From NCBI GenBank assembly GCA_964497245.1, contig CAZCCC010000001.1, forward strand, positions 10,297 through 74,296: 64,000 nucleotides of DNA, written 5' to 3'. Every line of letters starts with the position of its first letter. The first letter of the stretch is position 1. Both the position numbers and the translations under genes were made by a program. Source of the stretch: an uncultured Gammaproteobacteria bacterium (GTDB lineage Bacteria; Patescibacteriota; Patescibacteriia; Buchananbacterales; UBA6539). Positions 1-10,002 of the stretch are shown here, piece by piece. The notes under the pieces are model-generated. The model saw only the letters and a program-made list of their open reading frames with translations. It searched no databases and was not told the origin of the DNA.

Positions 1-880
1 CAATTTCTAGATTTCCCCCCTACCTTGGTTGTTGCAGAGGCAAAATGGAGAGAAAGGCTAGGGCAGAGAGGAAGTTAAGTTAAAAGTAATTTTCCAGGCT
101 TTACATATCTCGCAGGGGAAAGAGATTGATTGAATTAAAATCTTTTAAATCAAACTCCGCAAAAAGCAATTTCTAGATTTCCCCTCTCCCCTTGTGGGAG
201 AGGGTTAGGGAGAGGGGGTGGAGTAGAGAATAAAACCACGGCAAAATAAAATTATGAAAAAAAGATTAGTAAAAATAGCAAGAGTTTTAAGAAAGAATTC
301 AACCGATCAAGAATCAAAATTATGGTATAATATTAAAAATAAAAATTTTGCCAATTTAAAATTTCGTCGTCAATATCCTATTGGTGATTATGTTGTAGAT
401 TTTTGTTGCCCTGCCAAGAAATTAGTTTTAGAGTTAGACGGCAGTGGTCATTTATTGGCTAATCAGAGAGTAAAAGATGAAATCAGGGATAAATTTTTAG
501 TAGAGCAGGGATTTCAAGTTATTAGAATAAATAATAGTGATATTAATGGAAATTTAGACGGAGTTTTAGAAAGCATTTTTAATTTATTAGACAGAGATTA
601 ATTTTGTAGGTTTGCTTTTACCCCTCACCCGCTAAAAAAATCAAAGTGCCCTATCACGCAAGGGGAGAGGGGTTAGAAGTAAAGTTTTTTGCAAAGCTAA
701 ATAAAAAAAATATTTTCAAATTTTCTCTCTCCCTTGGTGGGAGAGGGTAGGGGTAAGAAGGATGAAAGTAATATATGATTTTCTTTTACCTTGGCAATAA
801 ATTATAATCAAAGTTAAAATCTAATTTCCGCACAAAGCTTTATTTAAGCTTTCCCTCTCCCTTGGTGGGAGAGGGGGAGT
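1..880. repeat. Cluster of GC-rich REP-like hairpins (CCCTCTCCC-N5-GGGAGAGGG) flanking the DUF559 gene
   Basis: Hairpins at 182-204, 725-747 and 853-875; an inverted degenerate copy at 621-672; CAATTTCTAGATTTCCCC repeated at 1-18 and 167-184. Confidence 0.85.
254..601 (+). CDS. DUF559 / Vsr-like endonuclease domain protein
   Basis: Motifs ARVLRKNST-QE-KLW, KFRRQYPIG-YVVDF, LVLELDG-GH, RDKFL-GF-VIRI typical of DUF559. Confidence 0.9.
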   Translation: MKKRLVKIARVLRKNSTDQESKLWYNIKNKNFANLKFRRQYPIGDYVVDFCCPAKKLVLELDGSGHLLANQRVKDEIRDKFLVEQGFQVIRINNSDINGNLDGVLESIFNLLDRD

Positions 881-940
881 AGAGTAAAATAAAAAGATTC
901 ATTCCATTGATTTTTAAAGCAATAATTATATAAATAAATT

Positions 941-2191
941 ATGGAAACAAAAATTTGTGTCGTCGGTCTAGGCTATGTTGGATTGCCTCTGGCTTGCCTG
1001 CTTTCAAAAAAATACAAAGTTTATGGGTTTGATATAAGCGAAAAAAAAATAAATAATCTTAAAAACGGCTATGATGAAACAGGAGAAGTTGAAAATTTTT
1101 CTGATTTTAATTTGGAAATATCCAGCGATCCGGCAATTATAAAAAATGCAAATTTTATAATTGTTGCCGTTCCCACACCGGTAAAAGAAGATTTTACGCC
1201 TGATATCAGCTTGGTTTTAAGCGCTTCCGGCCTTGTCGGTCAAAATTTGCAATCCGGCTCAATTGTTGTTTACGAAAGCACCGTTTATCCAGGATGCACC
1301 GAAGAAGACTGCCTGTCGGTTTTGGAAAAAGAATCCCGGCTTCAATTAAATAAAGATTTTGGTTTGGGCTACTCGCCTGAGCGGGTTAATCCGGGCGACA
1401 AAACCCATACAATTGATAAAATTTTTAAAATTGTTTCAGGAAGTGACGAAAAAACCTTGGAAAATATAGCTGAAGTTTACGGTTCAATTACTCAAATTCA
1501 TAAAACAACTTCGATTAAAGTTGCTGAAGCAGCGAAAGTTATTGAAAATGTTCAGCGAGATTTGAATATCGCTTTAATGAATGAATTAGCTCTTATTTTT
1601 GAAAAAATTGGTATTGACACAAAAGAGGTGATAAAAGCCGCTTCAACTAAGTGGAATTTTGGCAAATATTATCCGGGGCTTGTTGGCGGACATTGTATCG
1701 GAGTTGATCCTTATTATCTAACTTATAAGTCAAGAAAGCTGGGGTATGAACCAAAAATAATTTTAGCCGGCCGAGAGATTAATGAGTATATGGCTGAGCA
1801 CGTCGCAAAAAAAATGATAAGCAAAAACCGGGTAATGATACTAGGATTGACTTTCAAGGAAAATATCCCTGATATTAGAAATAGCAAAGCCAATGATATT
1901 TGTAGAATACTGACTGATTGGGGTAAAGAAGTTTTCGGCTTTGATCCTTTGGTTGAAGATAAAAATTATTTAAAGAAAAATTTTTGCCAAACCATTTTGG
2001 AGAGCTGGCCGCCGAAAGAAAAATTTGGTGGTATTATTGTTTTTTCTCCACATAATGAATTCAAAGATGAAAAATATTCATTGGAAAATCTTAGAAATAT
2101 TTGTGATGAAAATCCGATCATTTTTGATATTAAAGGTTTTTACGATAAATCGGAAGCTGAAAGTCTTGGTTTCAAATATTTAACATTATAG
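941..2191 (+). CDS. UDP-N-acetylhexosamine 6-dehydrogenase (WbpO/TviB-like nucleotide-sugar dehydrogenase)
   Basis: GLGYVG Rossmann motif, ESTVYPG, YSPERVNPG, GGHCIGVDPYYL catalytic Cys, LGLTFKEN. Confidence 0.9.
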   Translation: METKICVVGLGYVGLPLACLLSKKYKVYGFDISEKKINNLKNGYDETGEVENFSDFNLEISSDPAIIKNANFIIVAVPTPVKEDFTPDISLVLSASGLVGQNLQSGSIVVYESTVYPGCTEEDCLSVLEKESRLQLNKDFGLGYSPERVNPGDKTHTIDKIFKIVSGSDEKTLENIAEVYGSITQIHKTTSIKVAEAAKVIENVQRDLNIALMNELALIFEKIGIDTKEVIKAASTKWNFGKYYPGLVGGHCIGVDPYYLTYKSRKLGYEPKIILAGREINEYMAEHVAKKMISKNRVMILGLTFKENIPDIRNSKANDICRILTDWGKEVFGFDPLVEDKNYLKKNFCQTILESWPPKEKFGGIIVFSPHNEFKDEKYSLENLRNICDENPIIFDIKGFYDKSEAESLGFKYLTL

Positions 2192-2226
2192 AAAAACTTT
2201 TAACTTTAAAATTTTAACTATAAACC

Positions 2227-3345
2227 ATGCGCATTCTAATAATATCTCTGGCTTACCCGCCGTTTATAGGTGGAGCTGAACTGGCAGTAAAAGAAATTAC
2301 CGATCGAATTTTTGATGTCAGTTTTGATATGATTACGGCAAATTTGGATGGAAAACAAAAAGAATCTGAAAAAATCGGAAACATACAAGTTTATCGAGTT
2401 GGCAGTGGAAAAATGTCTAAATATTTTTTCCCATTTTCCGCTTTTAAAAAAGCTGAAGAGCTTCACAAAAAAAATAAATATGACGTTGTTTGGGCAATTA
2501 TGGCTAATCAGGCAGGATTGGCCGCTTTGCGATTTAAAAAAACTTTTCCAGAAGTGAAATATCTGCTAACCTTGCAGGAAGGCGATTCATTAAAGAGAAT
2601 CTGGTCGCGAACTTGGTTTATGAGGCCCAGGTATAAAGAAATTTACATGAAAGCGGATTTAATTCAGCCAATTAGTAATTTTTTAGCCAACCGAGCAAAA
2701 AAATACGGTTATAAAGGAAGAATGGAAATAGTGCCCAACGGAGTTGATCTGACTAATTTCAGCAAAGAGTATAATGAAAATGATTTGGCTGAATTTAAAA
2801 AAAGTCTTGGTCTAGAACAAAATGATAAAATTATCACAACCATTTCTCGTTTAGTGCATAAAAACGGAATTGATACATTAATAAAATCAACAAAAAATCT
2901 TCCGGTAAAAGTTTTGGTAATTGGCAGTGGTAGACTTGAAAATAAACTCAAGTCATTGGCTCAAGAAATAGGCGTTAGAGATAAAGTTTTATTTTTAGGT
3001 TATATTCCCTCAAAAAATTTACCAAAGTATCTTAAAATAACAGATGTATTTGTACGCACTTCTCGTTCTGAAGGTCTTGGTTCGGCTTTCTTGGAAGCCA
3101 TGGCTGCCGAAGTTCCGGTCATTGGAACGTGTGTAGGTGGAATTCCTGATTTTTTGAAAGTCGATGAAACCGGCTTATTTTGTGAAGTGGGCAATCCGGC
3201 GGATTTAGCAGAAAAGATTAAAATTTTACTTGCCGATTCGGAATTGAAAAAAAAATTAATAGCCAATAGCAAGAAGTTGGTTATGGAAAACTATGACTGG
3301 TTGCCAATTTCTGAAAAAATGGAAAATATTTTTAAAGAGTTATGA
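2227..3345 (+). CDS. Glycosyltransferase family 4
   Basis: N-terminal PPFIGGAE; PNGVD; EGLGSAFLEAMAA (EX7E motif). Confidence 0.92.
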   Translation: MRILIISLAYPPFIGGAELAVKEITDRIFDVSFDMITANLDGKQKESEKIGNIQVYRVGSGKMSKYFFPFSAFKKAEELHKKNKYDVVWAIMANQAGLAALRFKKTFPEVKYLLTLQEGDSLKRIWSRTWFMRPRYKEIYMKADLIQPISNFLANRAKKYGYKGRMEIVPNGVDLTNFSKEYNENDLAEFKKSLGLEQNDKIITTISRLVHKNGIDTLIKSTKNLPVKVLVIGSGRLENKLKSLAQEIGVRDKVLFLGYIPSKNLPKYLKITDVFVRTSRSEGLGSAFLEAMAAEVPVIGTCVGGIPDFLKVDETGLFCEVGNPADLAEKIKILLADSELKKKLIANSKKLVMENYDWLPISEKMENIFKEL

Positions 3346-4592
3346 AATTAATAATTGCAGCTGAAATTTTTCCACCGGATATTGGTGGGCCGGCAACATA
3401 TAGTAAAAAATTTGCAAAAGAGTTAATTCATTTGGGTTGGGAGGTTGAACTAATTTGTTATAGTCAAAATAAGCAGAAAAATGATTTCAGTTTTAAGGTT
3501 TTTAGAATTATTAAAAGCAGGATTAAAGGTTGGCATTATTTTAAATATTTTTTTAAGCTATTACGTTTAGCTTTTAAGTGTGATGTAATTTATGCCCAAG
3601 GCCCAATAAGCTCCGGCTTGCCTGCTGTTGTAGTTGCTTTTTTATTGCGTAAAAAAGTTGTAGTAAAGGTTGTAGGTGATTATGCATGGGAACAATACAT
3701 GAATAAACAAGTTAAATTATCAATTAGTAAAACTATTAGTATTGATGAATTTCAAAAGCGACAAGAAAAAAAATTTGATAAAAAAATTGAACTATTAAAA
3801 TGGATTGAAAAGAAAGTTTGCAATAAAGCAGATAAAGTAATTGTTCCCAGTAGGTATTTGAAAAATATTGTACAAGGTTGGGGGGTAAAAGAACATAAAG
3901 TAAATGTAATTTATAATTCTATTAATTTAATGGATAAATTTGGTGCTATTGATAAAGTGAATGCAAGAAAAAAATTAGGATTTAATAGTAATGATTTTAT
4001 TGTTATTTCAGTTGGTCGACCTGTCTCATGGAAAGGTTTTGGCATGCTTGCGATTGTATCATCTGAATTAATAGAGGAAGAAAATATTCCGCTTAAATTA
4101 AGATTATTAGGTGTTGATAATGTGTCACAGTTAAATAGGCTTATTAAACTGTATGAAGATCAGGTAGTATATGAAAACCAGCCTTTAAGTAATTCAGATA
4201 AAGTAGTAAGAGTTTTAAAAGTAGAGGATATTAAAGACTTTCCTGCAGGGATACAGCCAAAGTTAAAAGTTTATGAATACTTACTAGCAGCAGATTTGTT
4301 TGTTTTAAATACTGCTTACGAGGGCTTACCCCACACTATTTTAGAAGCTATGGATGCTGGTGTTCCTGTGGTTACTACAAATATGTGTGGCAATCCGGAA
4401 GTTGTTACGGATGGATATAATGGTTTACTAATTGAATATAATAATAAAGAACAACTCAAAGAAGTAATTTTAAAACTTTATAATAATAGAGAATTGTGTC
4501 ATAAATTAGTAGCTAATTCTAAAAAAGTTTTAGAAAAATTCACATTTAATAAGATGATTAGTGATACTATTAAAACTTTAAAATCAATATGA
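3342..4592 (+). CDS. Glycosyltransferase family 4
   Basis: PPDIGGPATY; EGLPHTILEAM; ATGA overlap with the upstream gene. Confidence 0.92.
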   Translation: MKLIIAAEIFPPDIGGPATYSKKFAKELIHLGWEVELICYSQNKQKNDFSFKVFRIIKSRIKGWHYFKYFFKLLRLAFKCDVIYAQGPISSGLPAVVVAFLLRKKVVVKVVGDYAWEQYMNKQVKLSISKTISIDEFQKRQEKKFDKKIELLKWIEKKVCNKADKVIVPSRYLKNIVQGWGVKEHKVNVIYNSINLMDKFGAIDKVNARKKLGFNSNDFIVISVGRPVSWKGFGMLAIVSSELIEEENIPLKLRLLGVDNVSQLNRLIKLYEDQVVYENQPLSNSDKVVRVLKVEDIKDFPAGIQPKLKVYEYLLAADLFVLNTAYEGLPHTILEAMDAGVPVVTTNMCGNPEVVTDGYNGLLIEYNNKEQLKEVILKLYNNRELCHKLVANSKKVLEKFTFNKMISDTIKTLKSI

Positions 4593-5680
4593 AAGTGCTT
4601 ATGCTTTCAATTGACAGAGGCTTACTTGGCGCGCGACAGTTAGGAGATGTAGTTGAACGTCACAAAAAATACGGCGAATTTGTTGATCAATTGGATATCG
4701 TTGTTTTTTGCAAGACAGGTTTTAATAAAAATATAATTTCAGAAAAAGTAGCTGTCTATCCGACAAATTCTAAAAGCAAATTAAAATATTTTTTTGACGC
4801 AAAGCACGTAGGCAAAAAGCTGTCTAAAAAAATAAAGTATGATTTAATTGTGACGCAAGAGCCTTTTTTGACTGGTTTAGTAGGCGTGTGTCTAAAAAAT
4901 GAATTTGGCAATAAATTATTAGTACATTTACATGGGGATTTTATTGGGCTATATATGTTATTTGCCAAAATATTTGTTTTGCCAAAAGCCGATGGTATTA
5001 GAGTAATGAGCCAAGGGCAGAGAGATAAATTGATTAAAGCGGGAATAGATGAAAATAAGATTAGAGTAATTTCTACACCTGTTGATTTGGATAAATATTT
5101 AAATCAAGAATCAATGATTAAGAATAAAGAATTAAGAATTAAGAATAAAGAATTGAGAATAATTCTTCATGTTGGGCGCGATGATAAAGTTAAAGATTAT
5201 CCAACTTTGATCAAGGCTTTTAAAATAGTTAGCCAAAAATTGCCGAACACTAAATTTGTTCAGGCCGGAGCTGACCTTGAAATTAAAAAAGCGATTCAAA
5301 ATTTCGGCCCGCTTGAAGTAGATATCTTGGGAAAAGTCAGCGCTGAAAATCTGATAAATATTTATCACAGATCCGATGTTGTGGTTTTAAGTTCAACTTC
5401 TGAAAGTTTTGGTAAGGTCTTGGTTGAGGCCAACGCTTGCGGTAAGCCGGTAGTGTCAACAGCAACAACCGGTGCCAAAGAAATTATTCAACATGGTTAT
5501 AATGGATATTTAGTGCCGGTTGGCAATGCCAATGCTTTAGCGGAAAATATTTTATACCTTTTGAATAATCCTGAATTGGCAAAAACGATGGGAGAAAATG
5601 GCCGTAAATCAGTTCAGGAAAAATATGGTGACAATACCGAAAAAATAATTAATTTTTGGAGAGAAATAATTAAGTTATGA
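4589..5680 (+). CDS. Glycosyltransferase family 4
   Basis: ESFGKVLVEANACGKPVV motif; contains an internal heptamer repeat tract. Confidence 0.92.
   Translation: MKVLMLSIDRGLLGARQLGDVVERHKKYGEFVDQLDIVVFCKTGFNKNIISEKVAVYPTNSKSKLKYFFDAKHVGKKLSKKIKYDLIVTQEPFLTGLVGVCLKNEFGNKLLVHLHGDFIGLYMLFAKIFVLPKADGIRVMSQGQRDKLIKAGIDENKIRVISTPVDLDKYLNQESMIKNKELRIKNKELRIILHVGRDDKVKDYPTLIKAFKIVSQKLPNTKFVQAGADLEIKKAIQNFGPLEVDILGKVSAENLINIYHRSDVVVLSSTSESFGKVLVEANACGKPVVSTATTGAKEIIQHGYNGYLVPVGNANALAENILYLLNNPELAKTMGENGRKSVQEKYGDNTEKIINFWREIIKL
5102..5164 (+). repeat. Intragenic 7-bp tandem repeat (AATHAAG-like, about 9 units)
   Basis: aatcaag aatcaat gattaag aataaag aattaag aattaag aataaag aattgag aataatt, encoding IKNKELRIKNKELR. 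Confidence 0.85.
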
Positions 5681-6177
5681 AAAAAATAATTTGTCATAAT
5701 CTCTTTAGAGAGGAATTTGAAGTTGATTCCAGTAAATTATATTTCAGGCCTTCAATTTATGGAATTTTAATAGAAGATAAAAAAGTGCTATTGTCCAGAC
5801 AACATGGTGGTTATGATTTTCCCGGTGGCGGAATCAATATTGACGAGACTTTGGACGAAGCCTTAAAGCGTGAATTTTGGGAAGAAACCGGAATAATTAT
5901 AGAGCCTGTTATACCCATTCATTGTGAAACTTCGTTTTTTTGCCCAGCACATTCACCAAAACACAAAAATGAATATTGGAATTGCGTTTTGATTTATTAC
6001 CTGGTTAGAAAAATTGGCGGAAAAATTTCAAAGGATAATTTTGACGAAGAAGAAAAAAACTATGCTGATTTGCCGGAATGGATTGATATTGAGAAAATTA
6101 CAAAATTGAAATATTATAATTCCGTTGACAATCAAAAGATTATACTGAAAGCGGCTGAATTAATAAAATCAGTTTAA
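5677..6177 (+). CDS. NUDIX hydrolase
   Basis: Nudix box PGGGINIDETLDEALKREFWEETG. Confidence 0.92.
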   Translation: MKKIICHNLFREEFEVDSSKLYFRPSIYGILIEDKKVLLSRQHGGYDFPGGGINIDETLDEALKREFWEETGIIIEPVIPIHCETSFFCPAHSPKHKNEYWNCVLIYYLVRKIGGKISKDNFDEEEKNYADLPEWIDIEKITKLKYYNSVDNQKIILKAAELIKSV

Positions 6178-6204
6178 TTTAATAGTTTATAAGTTTTAAT
6201 AGTT

Positions 6205-7251
6205 ATGAAGTTATTAATGATTACAAGAAAAGTTGATAGAAACGATCATTTGGCAGGGTTTACTTATAATTGGGTAAAAAAAATTGGAGAGCAGGTTGAA
6301 GAACTTAGAGTAATTAGTTGGCAGGAAGGGGACAGCTTTGGCTTGCCGGAAAATATTAAAGTTTATCATTTGCCGACCAATGGTAATAAGTTTTTGAAGA
6401 TTATAAAATTCAAATTATTAGTTTGGAAAAATTTAAACGGAGTTGATGGAATTTTTTGTCATCAAATGCCAATTTATACTATTATTGCCGGATTTTTGGC
6501 TCGTTTAAAGGGAAAGAAGGTAGTTAGCTGGTATATGCACAAGCAAGTTGATTGGCGAGTTAAACTGATGGAAAAGATTGCTAACGTTATTTTATCAGCT
6601 TCAAAAGAAAGTTTTCGCCTGCCCTCTAAAAAATTAGTGATTACCGGTCATGGAATTGATATTAAAATGTTTAAACTGGGTCAAAAAAATCAAAATAATG
6701 ATATTTTTAAAATAATAAGCATTGGCCGAATTTCCCCAACAAAAGACTATGAATCAATGATTAAAGCAGTTGATATTTTGGTAAAAAAGGGAATTAGTAA
6801 TATAAAATTAACCATTATTGGTGATGCTGGTCTTGCCTCACAAAAGGTTTATTTTGAAAATTTAAAACAAATGTATTTAAAAATGGGTTTACAGGGAAAA
6901 GTTGAATTTTTAGGGTCAAAACCCAATAATGAGATTTCTGCTTATTTACAGCAGTCGGATTTGTTTATTAATATGAGTAGTACCGGAAGTATAGACAAAG
7001 CGGTTTTAGAAGCAATGAGTTGTGGCTGTTTAGTTTTGACCGCTAACGAAGCTTTTTTAGGCATCTTACCTGAAGAATTAAGAACTGAAAGGGATAATCC
7101 ACAAATACTTGCGGGAAAAATAAAAGCAATTATTAATATCCCATCAGAAAAATCTAGCAAATTAAGAGAAGATCTAAGGCAAGAAGTTGTAGAAAACCAT
7201 AATTTGGATAATTTAGTTAAAAAAATAGTGCAATGTTTTTCAAAAGATTAA
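6205..7251 (+). CDS. Glycosyltransferase family 4
   Basis: GHGID, IGRISP-K, GSIDKAVLEAMSCG. Confidence 0.9.
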   Translation: MKLLMITRKVDRNDHLAGFTYNWVKKIGEQVEELRVISWQEGDSFGLPENIKVYHLPTNGNKFLKIIKFKLLVWKNLNGVDGIFCHQMPIYTIIAGFLARLKGKKVVSWYMHKQVDWRVKLMEKIANVILSASKESFRLPSKKLVITGHGIDIKMFKLGQKNQNNDIFKIISIGRISPTKDYESMIKAVDILVKKGISNIKLTIIGDAGLASQKVYFENLKQMYLKMGLQGKVEFLGSKPNNEISAYLQQSDLFINMSSTGSIDKAVLEAMSCGCLVLTANEAFLGILPEELRTERDNPQILAGKIKAIINIPSEKSSKLREDLRQEVVENHNLDNLVKKIVQCFSKD

Positions 7252-8138
7252 AATTAGAGTTTTTCTATTTACGTAAAGCGTTTTTTGAGTATCGCGCTGG
7301 CTTTAAATATATTTATAATAAATTTATTTTAGCTCCGAAAATTTTAAAAACAAATAAGATTTTAGAAAAACCCATAAATAATAATGATTTATCTATTCAT
7401 ATTTTGACTTGCCACAAAGATTTAGTAATGACAGTCTGGTCGTTAGCTAGTTTCTACAGAAATATTGAGGTGGTTGGACAACTTTTCATTCATAGCGACG
7501 GAAGCCTTAATTCAACAGATGAAGATATTCTAAAGAAATTTTTTCCGAATGCAAAAATAATTGTTCCAGGTTACTTATTTGAGAAATATAATTTAGAATT
7601 AAATAGCTATTTAATTGTAAGAAAATTTAGAATAGAATTTACCAATTATTTTTTGCTTAAAAAATTGATTGATCCTTATTTTGTTTCCGATAAAAAATTT
7701 CGTTTAATTATTGATTCTGATTTATTATGGCTTTCATCGGCCAAGGAAATTAGCAGCGCTGTCATTGAAAATAAAAGTCAGGCATTAATGATGAAGAATA
7801 ATAATAGCTGTTATATTTATTTTAAAAGTGGCAAATCAAGCGATAATTTAGCGTCTTTTAATTCCGGAATTGTTTTGTATAACAAAATCGATTTTAACCT
7901 GGATAAATTGTCAGACTATTTAAGCAAGATTGATATTGAGAATAAAGAGAATTCTCATTTTATTGAACAAGCTGGTTATGCCTATTGTTTAAATAATCTG
8001 GTTTCGTTGCCTGAAAACTTATACTCTATAAAAGATAAAATTGATGGTAAAACGGTCGTTAAGCATTATACCAGTCCACGGCGGCCATTATTTTTTATTG
8101 AGGGTCTAGAAATTTTAAAGGATAGAATATTAAATTAA
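7233..8138 (+). CDS. Putative GT-A fold glycosyltransferase
   Basis: DxD motif (IIDSD), FNSG, EQ and C-terminal HY motifs reminiscent of GT8-like enzymes; operon context. Confidence 0.6.
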   Translation: MFFKRLKLEFFYLRKAFFEYRAGFKYIYNKFILAPKILKTNKILEKPINNNDLSIHILTCHKDLVMTVWSLASFYRNIEVVGQLFIHSDGSLNSTDEDILKKFFPNAKIIVPGYLFEKYNLELNSYLIVRKFRIEFTNYFLLKKLIDPYFVSDKKFRLIIDSDLLWLSSAKEISSAVIENKSQALMMKNNNSCYIYFKSGKSSDNLASFNSGIVLYNKIDFNLDKLSDYLSKIDIENKENSHFIEQAGYAYCLNNLVSLPENLYSIKDKIDGKTVVKHYTSPRRPLFFIEGLEILKDRILN

Positions 8139-9986
8139 ATGTGTGGAATAAATGGTTTTAATTGGAAAAGTCAAGAATCAATTCAATTAATGAATAAATT
8201 GATTTCTCATCGTGGACCAAATGGTGGTGGAATTTTTTGCAATGATAATTTTTCTTTAGGCCACAGGCGTTTGGCAATTTTGGATCTTTCGGAAAGTGGA
8301 AAACAGCCAATGGAGTTTGAAGGTTTGAAGATTGTATATAATGGTGAAGTCTATAATTTCCAAGAAATCAGAAGAGAACTGGAAAAATTAGGATATACTT
8401 TTTACTCAAACACTGACACGGAAGTTGTTTTGAAAGCCTATCACTGCTGGAAGGAAAAATCCCTGCAAAAATTTAATGGTATATTTGCATATGCGATTTT
8501 AGATGAAAAAGGTAGGACTCTTTTTATGGCAAGAGACAGATTGGGTGTCAAGCCTTTATATTATTACCAAAAAGAAAATAGATTGATTTTTTCTTCGGAA
8601 ATTAAAGCCATATTAAGTCATTCAAATATAGATAAGACAATAGTTCCAGAAAGAATCAGTTTTATTTATCAAATGAACTGTCTTCCGGGAGAGTTGACAA
8701 TGTATAAAAATATTCATATGCTTCCTGCGGCAAATTGGGCTTTATACAAAGATGGTAGAATTGCAAAAAAAAGATACTGGGAGATTAATGATTTTGAAGA
8801 TATTAAAAGTAAGGAAGGAATAATTTTTAAAATAAAAGAAATTTTAAACGATTCAGTGAAGATAAATATGATTAGTGATGTGTCACTTGGAGTTTTTTTA
8901 TCCGGGGGATTTGATTCAAGCATTATCACGCTTTTAGCCGGTAAATACTCAAGATTGCCAGTTAAGACTTATTCTGTTGGTTTTGAAGTGGATAAAAATC
9001 AGGATGAAAAATTTAACGCGGATTTTTATTTGGCAAGAAAAACCTCTAAATTTTTTGGAACTGATCATCACGAATTATTTTTAAAAAAAGGCAAGGCTTT
9101 GGAATATGTATCAGAAAAAATGGCTGATAATTTGGAGTTGCCAAACGCTATGACAACAGCTATCCCAAGCTATTGGCTCTCGGAAATTGCAAAAAAAGAA
9201 GTTTCAGTCGTCTTGGGGGGGGACGGTGGAGATGAATTATTTGGTGGATATCCAAGATACAATTTATCTTTTATGTTTTCTCAGTGGCTTAAAATTCCTG
9301 CCTCAATAAGAAGGTTGGTGCCGACTAAGCTAATAGGAAATATGTTAGGAAAAAAAGATCTGCATGAACGGTTGAATTTATCAAGTGACGTTGAAAGATA
9401 TTGTACGTTAAAACTTCATCAAGGAAAAGATGTCAAAAAAGTCTTTAAAAACTGTTATAATTCAAATTTGACAATTGATTATCTTAATGAAAATTATTTT
9501 TCTAAAAAATTAACCGGCGATTTTGAAAAGCATTTTATGATAACCGATTCAATGACTTGGCTTACTGATCATTCATTATTAAGAACTGATAAAAGCACTA
9601 TGGCCTTTGGGATTGAACAGAGAGTTCCTATTTTAGACTACAGGCTTGTTGAACTTTCTGCCAAGATACCCACTAAATACAAATTGAATTTTAAAGATAA
9701 TAAAATTATATTTAAGGAAGCATTTGCCAAAGAGTTGCCTAGTCATTTATTTAATCAGCCAAAACGCGGCTGGCTTTCTCCGGCAGCGAAATGGCTTCGT
9801 GATGAACTAAAAGATTTTTCTTATGATGTTATAAATAAGAATTATACGCAGGGTTCTGAAGAGTTTATTGATTTTAAGGCTGCTAGGAAATTGCTTGATG
9901 ACCACATTGAAGGAAAGAAATATAATTTGCATTTAATTTGGATTTTAATTACTTGGCAGCTTTGGTATAAAAAATGCTGTTTATAA
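8139..9986 (+). CDS. asnB: Asparagine synthase (glutamine-hydrolysing) family amidotransferase, probably sugar-amidating
   Basis: N-terminal MCGI, HRRLAILDL, YNGEVYN, LSGGFDSS, GDGGDELFGGY; sits in a glycan operon with a uronate-forming dehydrogenase. Confidence 0.93.
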   Translation: MCGINGFNWKSQESIQLMNKLISHRGPNGGGIFCNDNFSLGHRRLAILDLSESGKQPMEFEGLKIVYNGEVYNFQEIRRELEKLGYTFYSNTDTEVVLKAYHCWKEKSLQKFNGIFAYAILDEKGRTLFMARDRLGVKPLYYYQKENRLIFSSEIKAILSHSNIDKTIVPERISFIYQMNCLPGELTMYKNIHMLPAANWALYKDGRIAKKRYWEINDFEDIKSKEGIIFKIKEILNDSVKINMISDVSLGVFLSGGFDSSIITLLAGKYSRLPVKTYSVGFEVDKNQDEKFNADFYLARKTSKFFGTDHHELFLKKGKALEYVSEKMADNLELPNAMTTAIPSYWLSEIAKKEVSVVLGGDGGDELFGGYPRYNLSFMFSQWLKIPASIRRLVPTKLIGNMLGKKDLHERLNLSSDVERYCTLKLHQGKDVKKVFKNCYNSNLTIDYLNENYFSKKLTGDFEKHFMITDSMTWLTDHSLLRTDKSTMAFGIEQRVPILDYRLVELSAKIPTKYKLNFKDNKIIFKEAFAKELPSHLFNQPKRGWLSPAAKWLRDELKDFSYDVINKNYTQGSEEFIDFKAARKLLDDHIEGKKYNLHLIWILITWQLWYKKCCL

Positions 9987-10002
9987 ATTTTATTTACACC
10001 TT

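Noticed and set aside
1-880. CRISPR array reading of the hairpin repeats
   Set aside because: Copies are degenerate, irregularly spaced and in both orientations; no cas genes.
1040-1050. Poly-A/T runs as phase-variation tracts
   Set aside because: Runs of 8-9 A/T are common throughout this AT-rich sequence and the host frames are intact.
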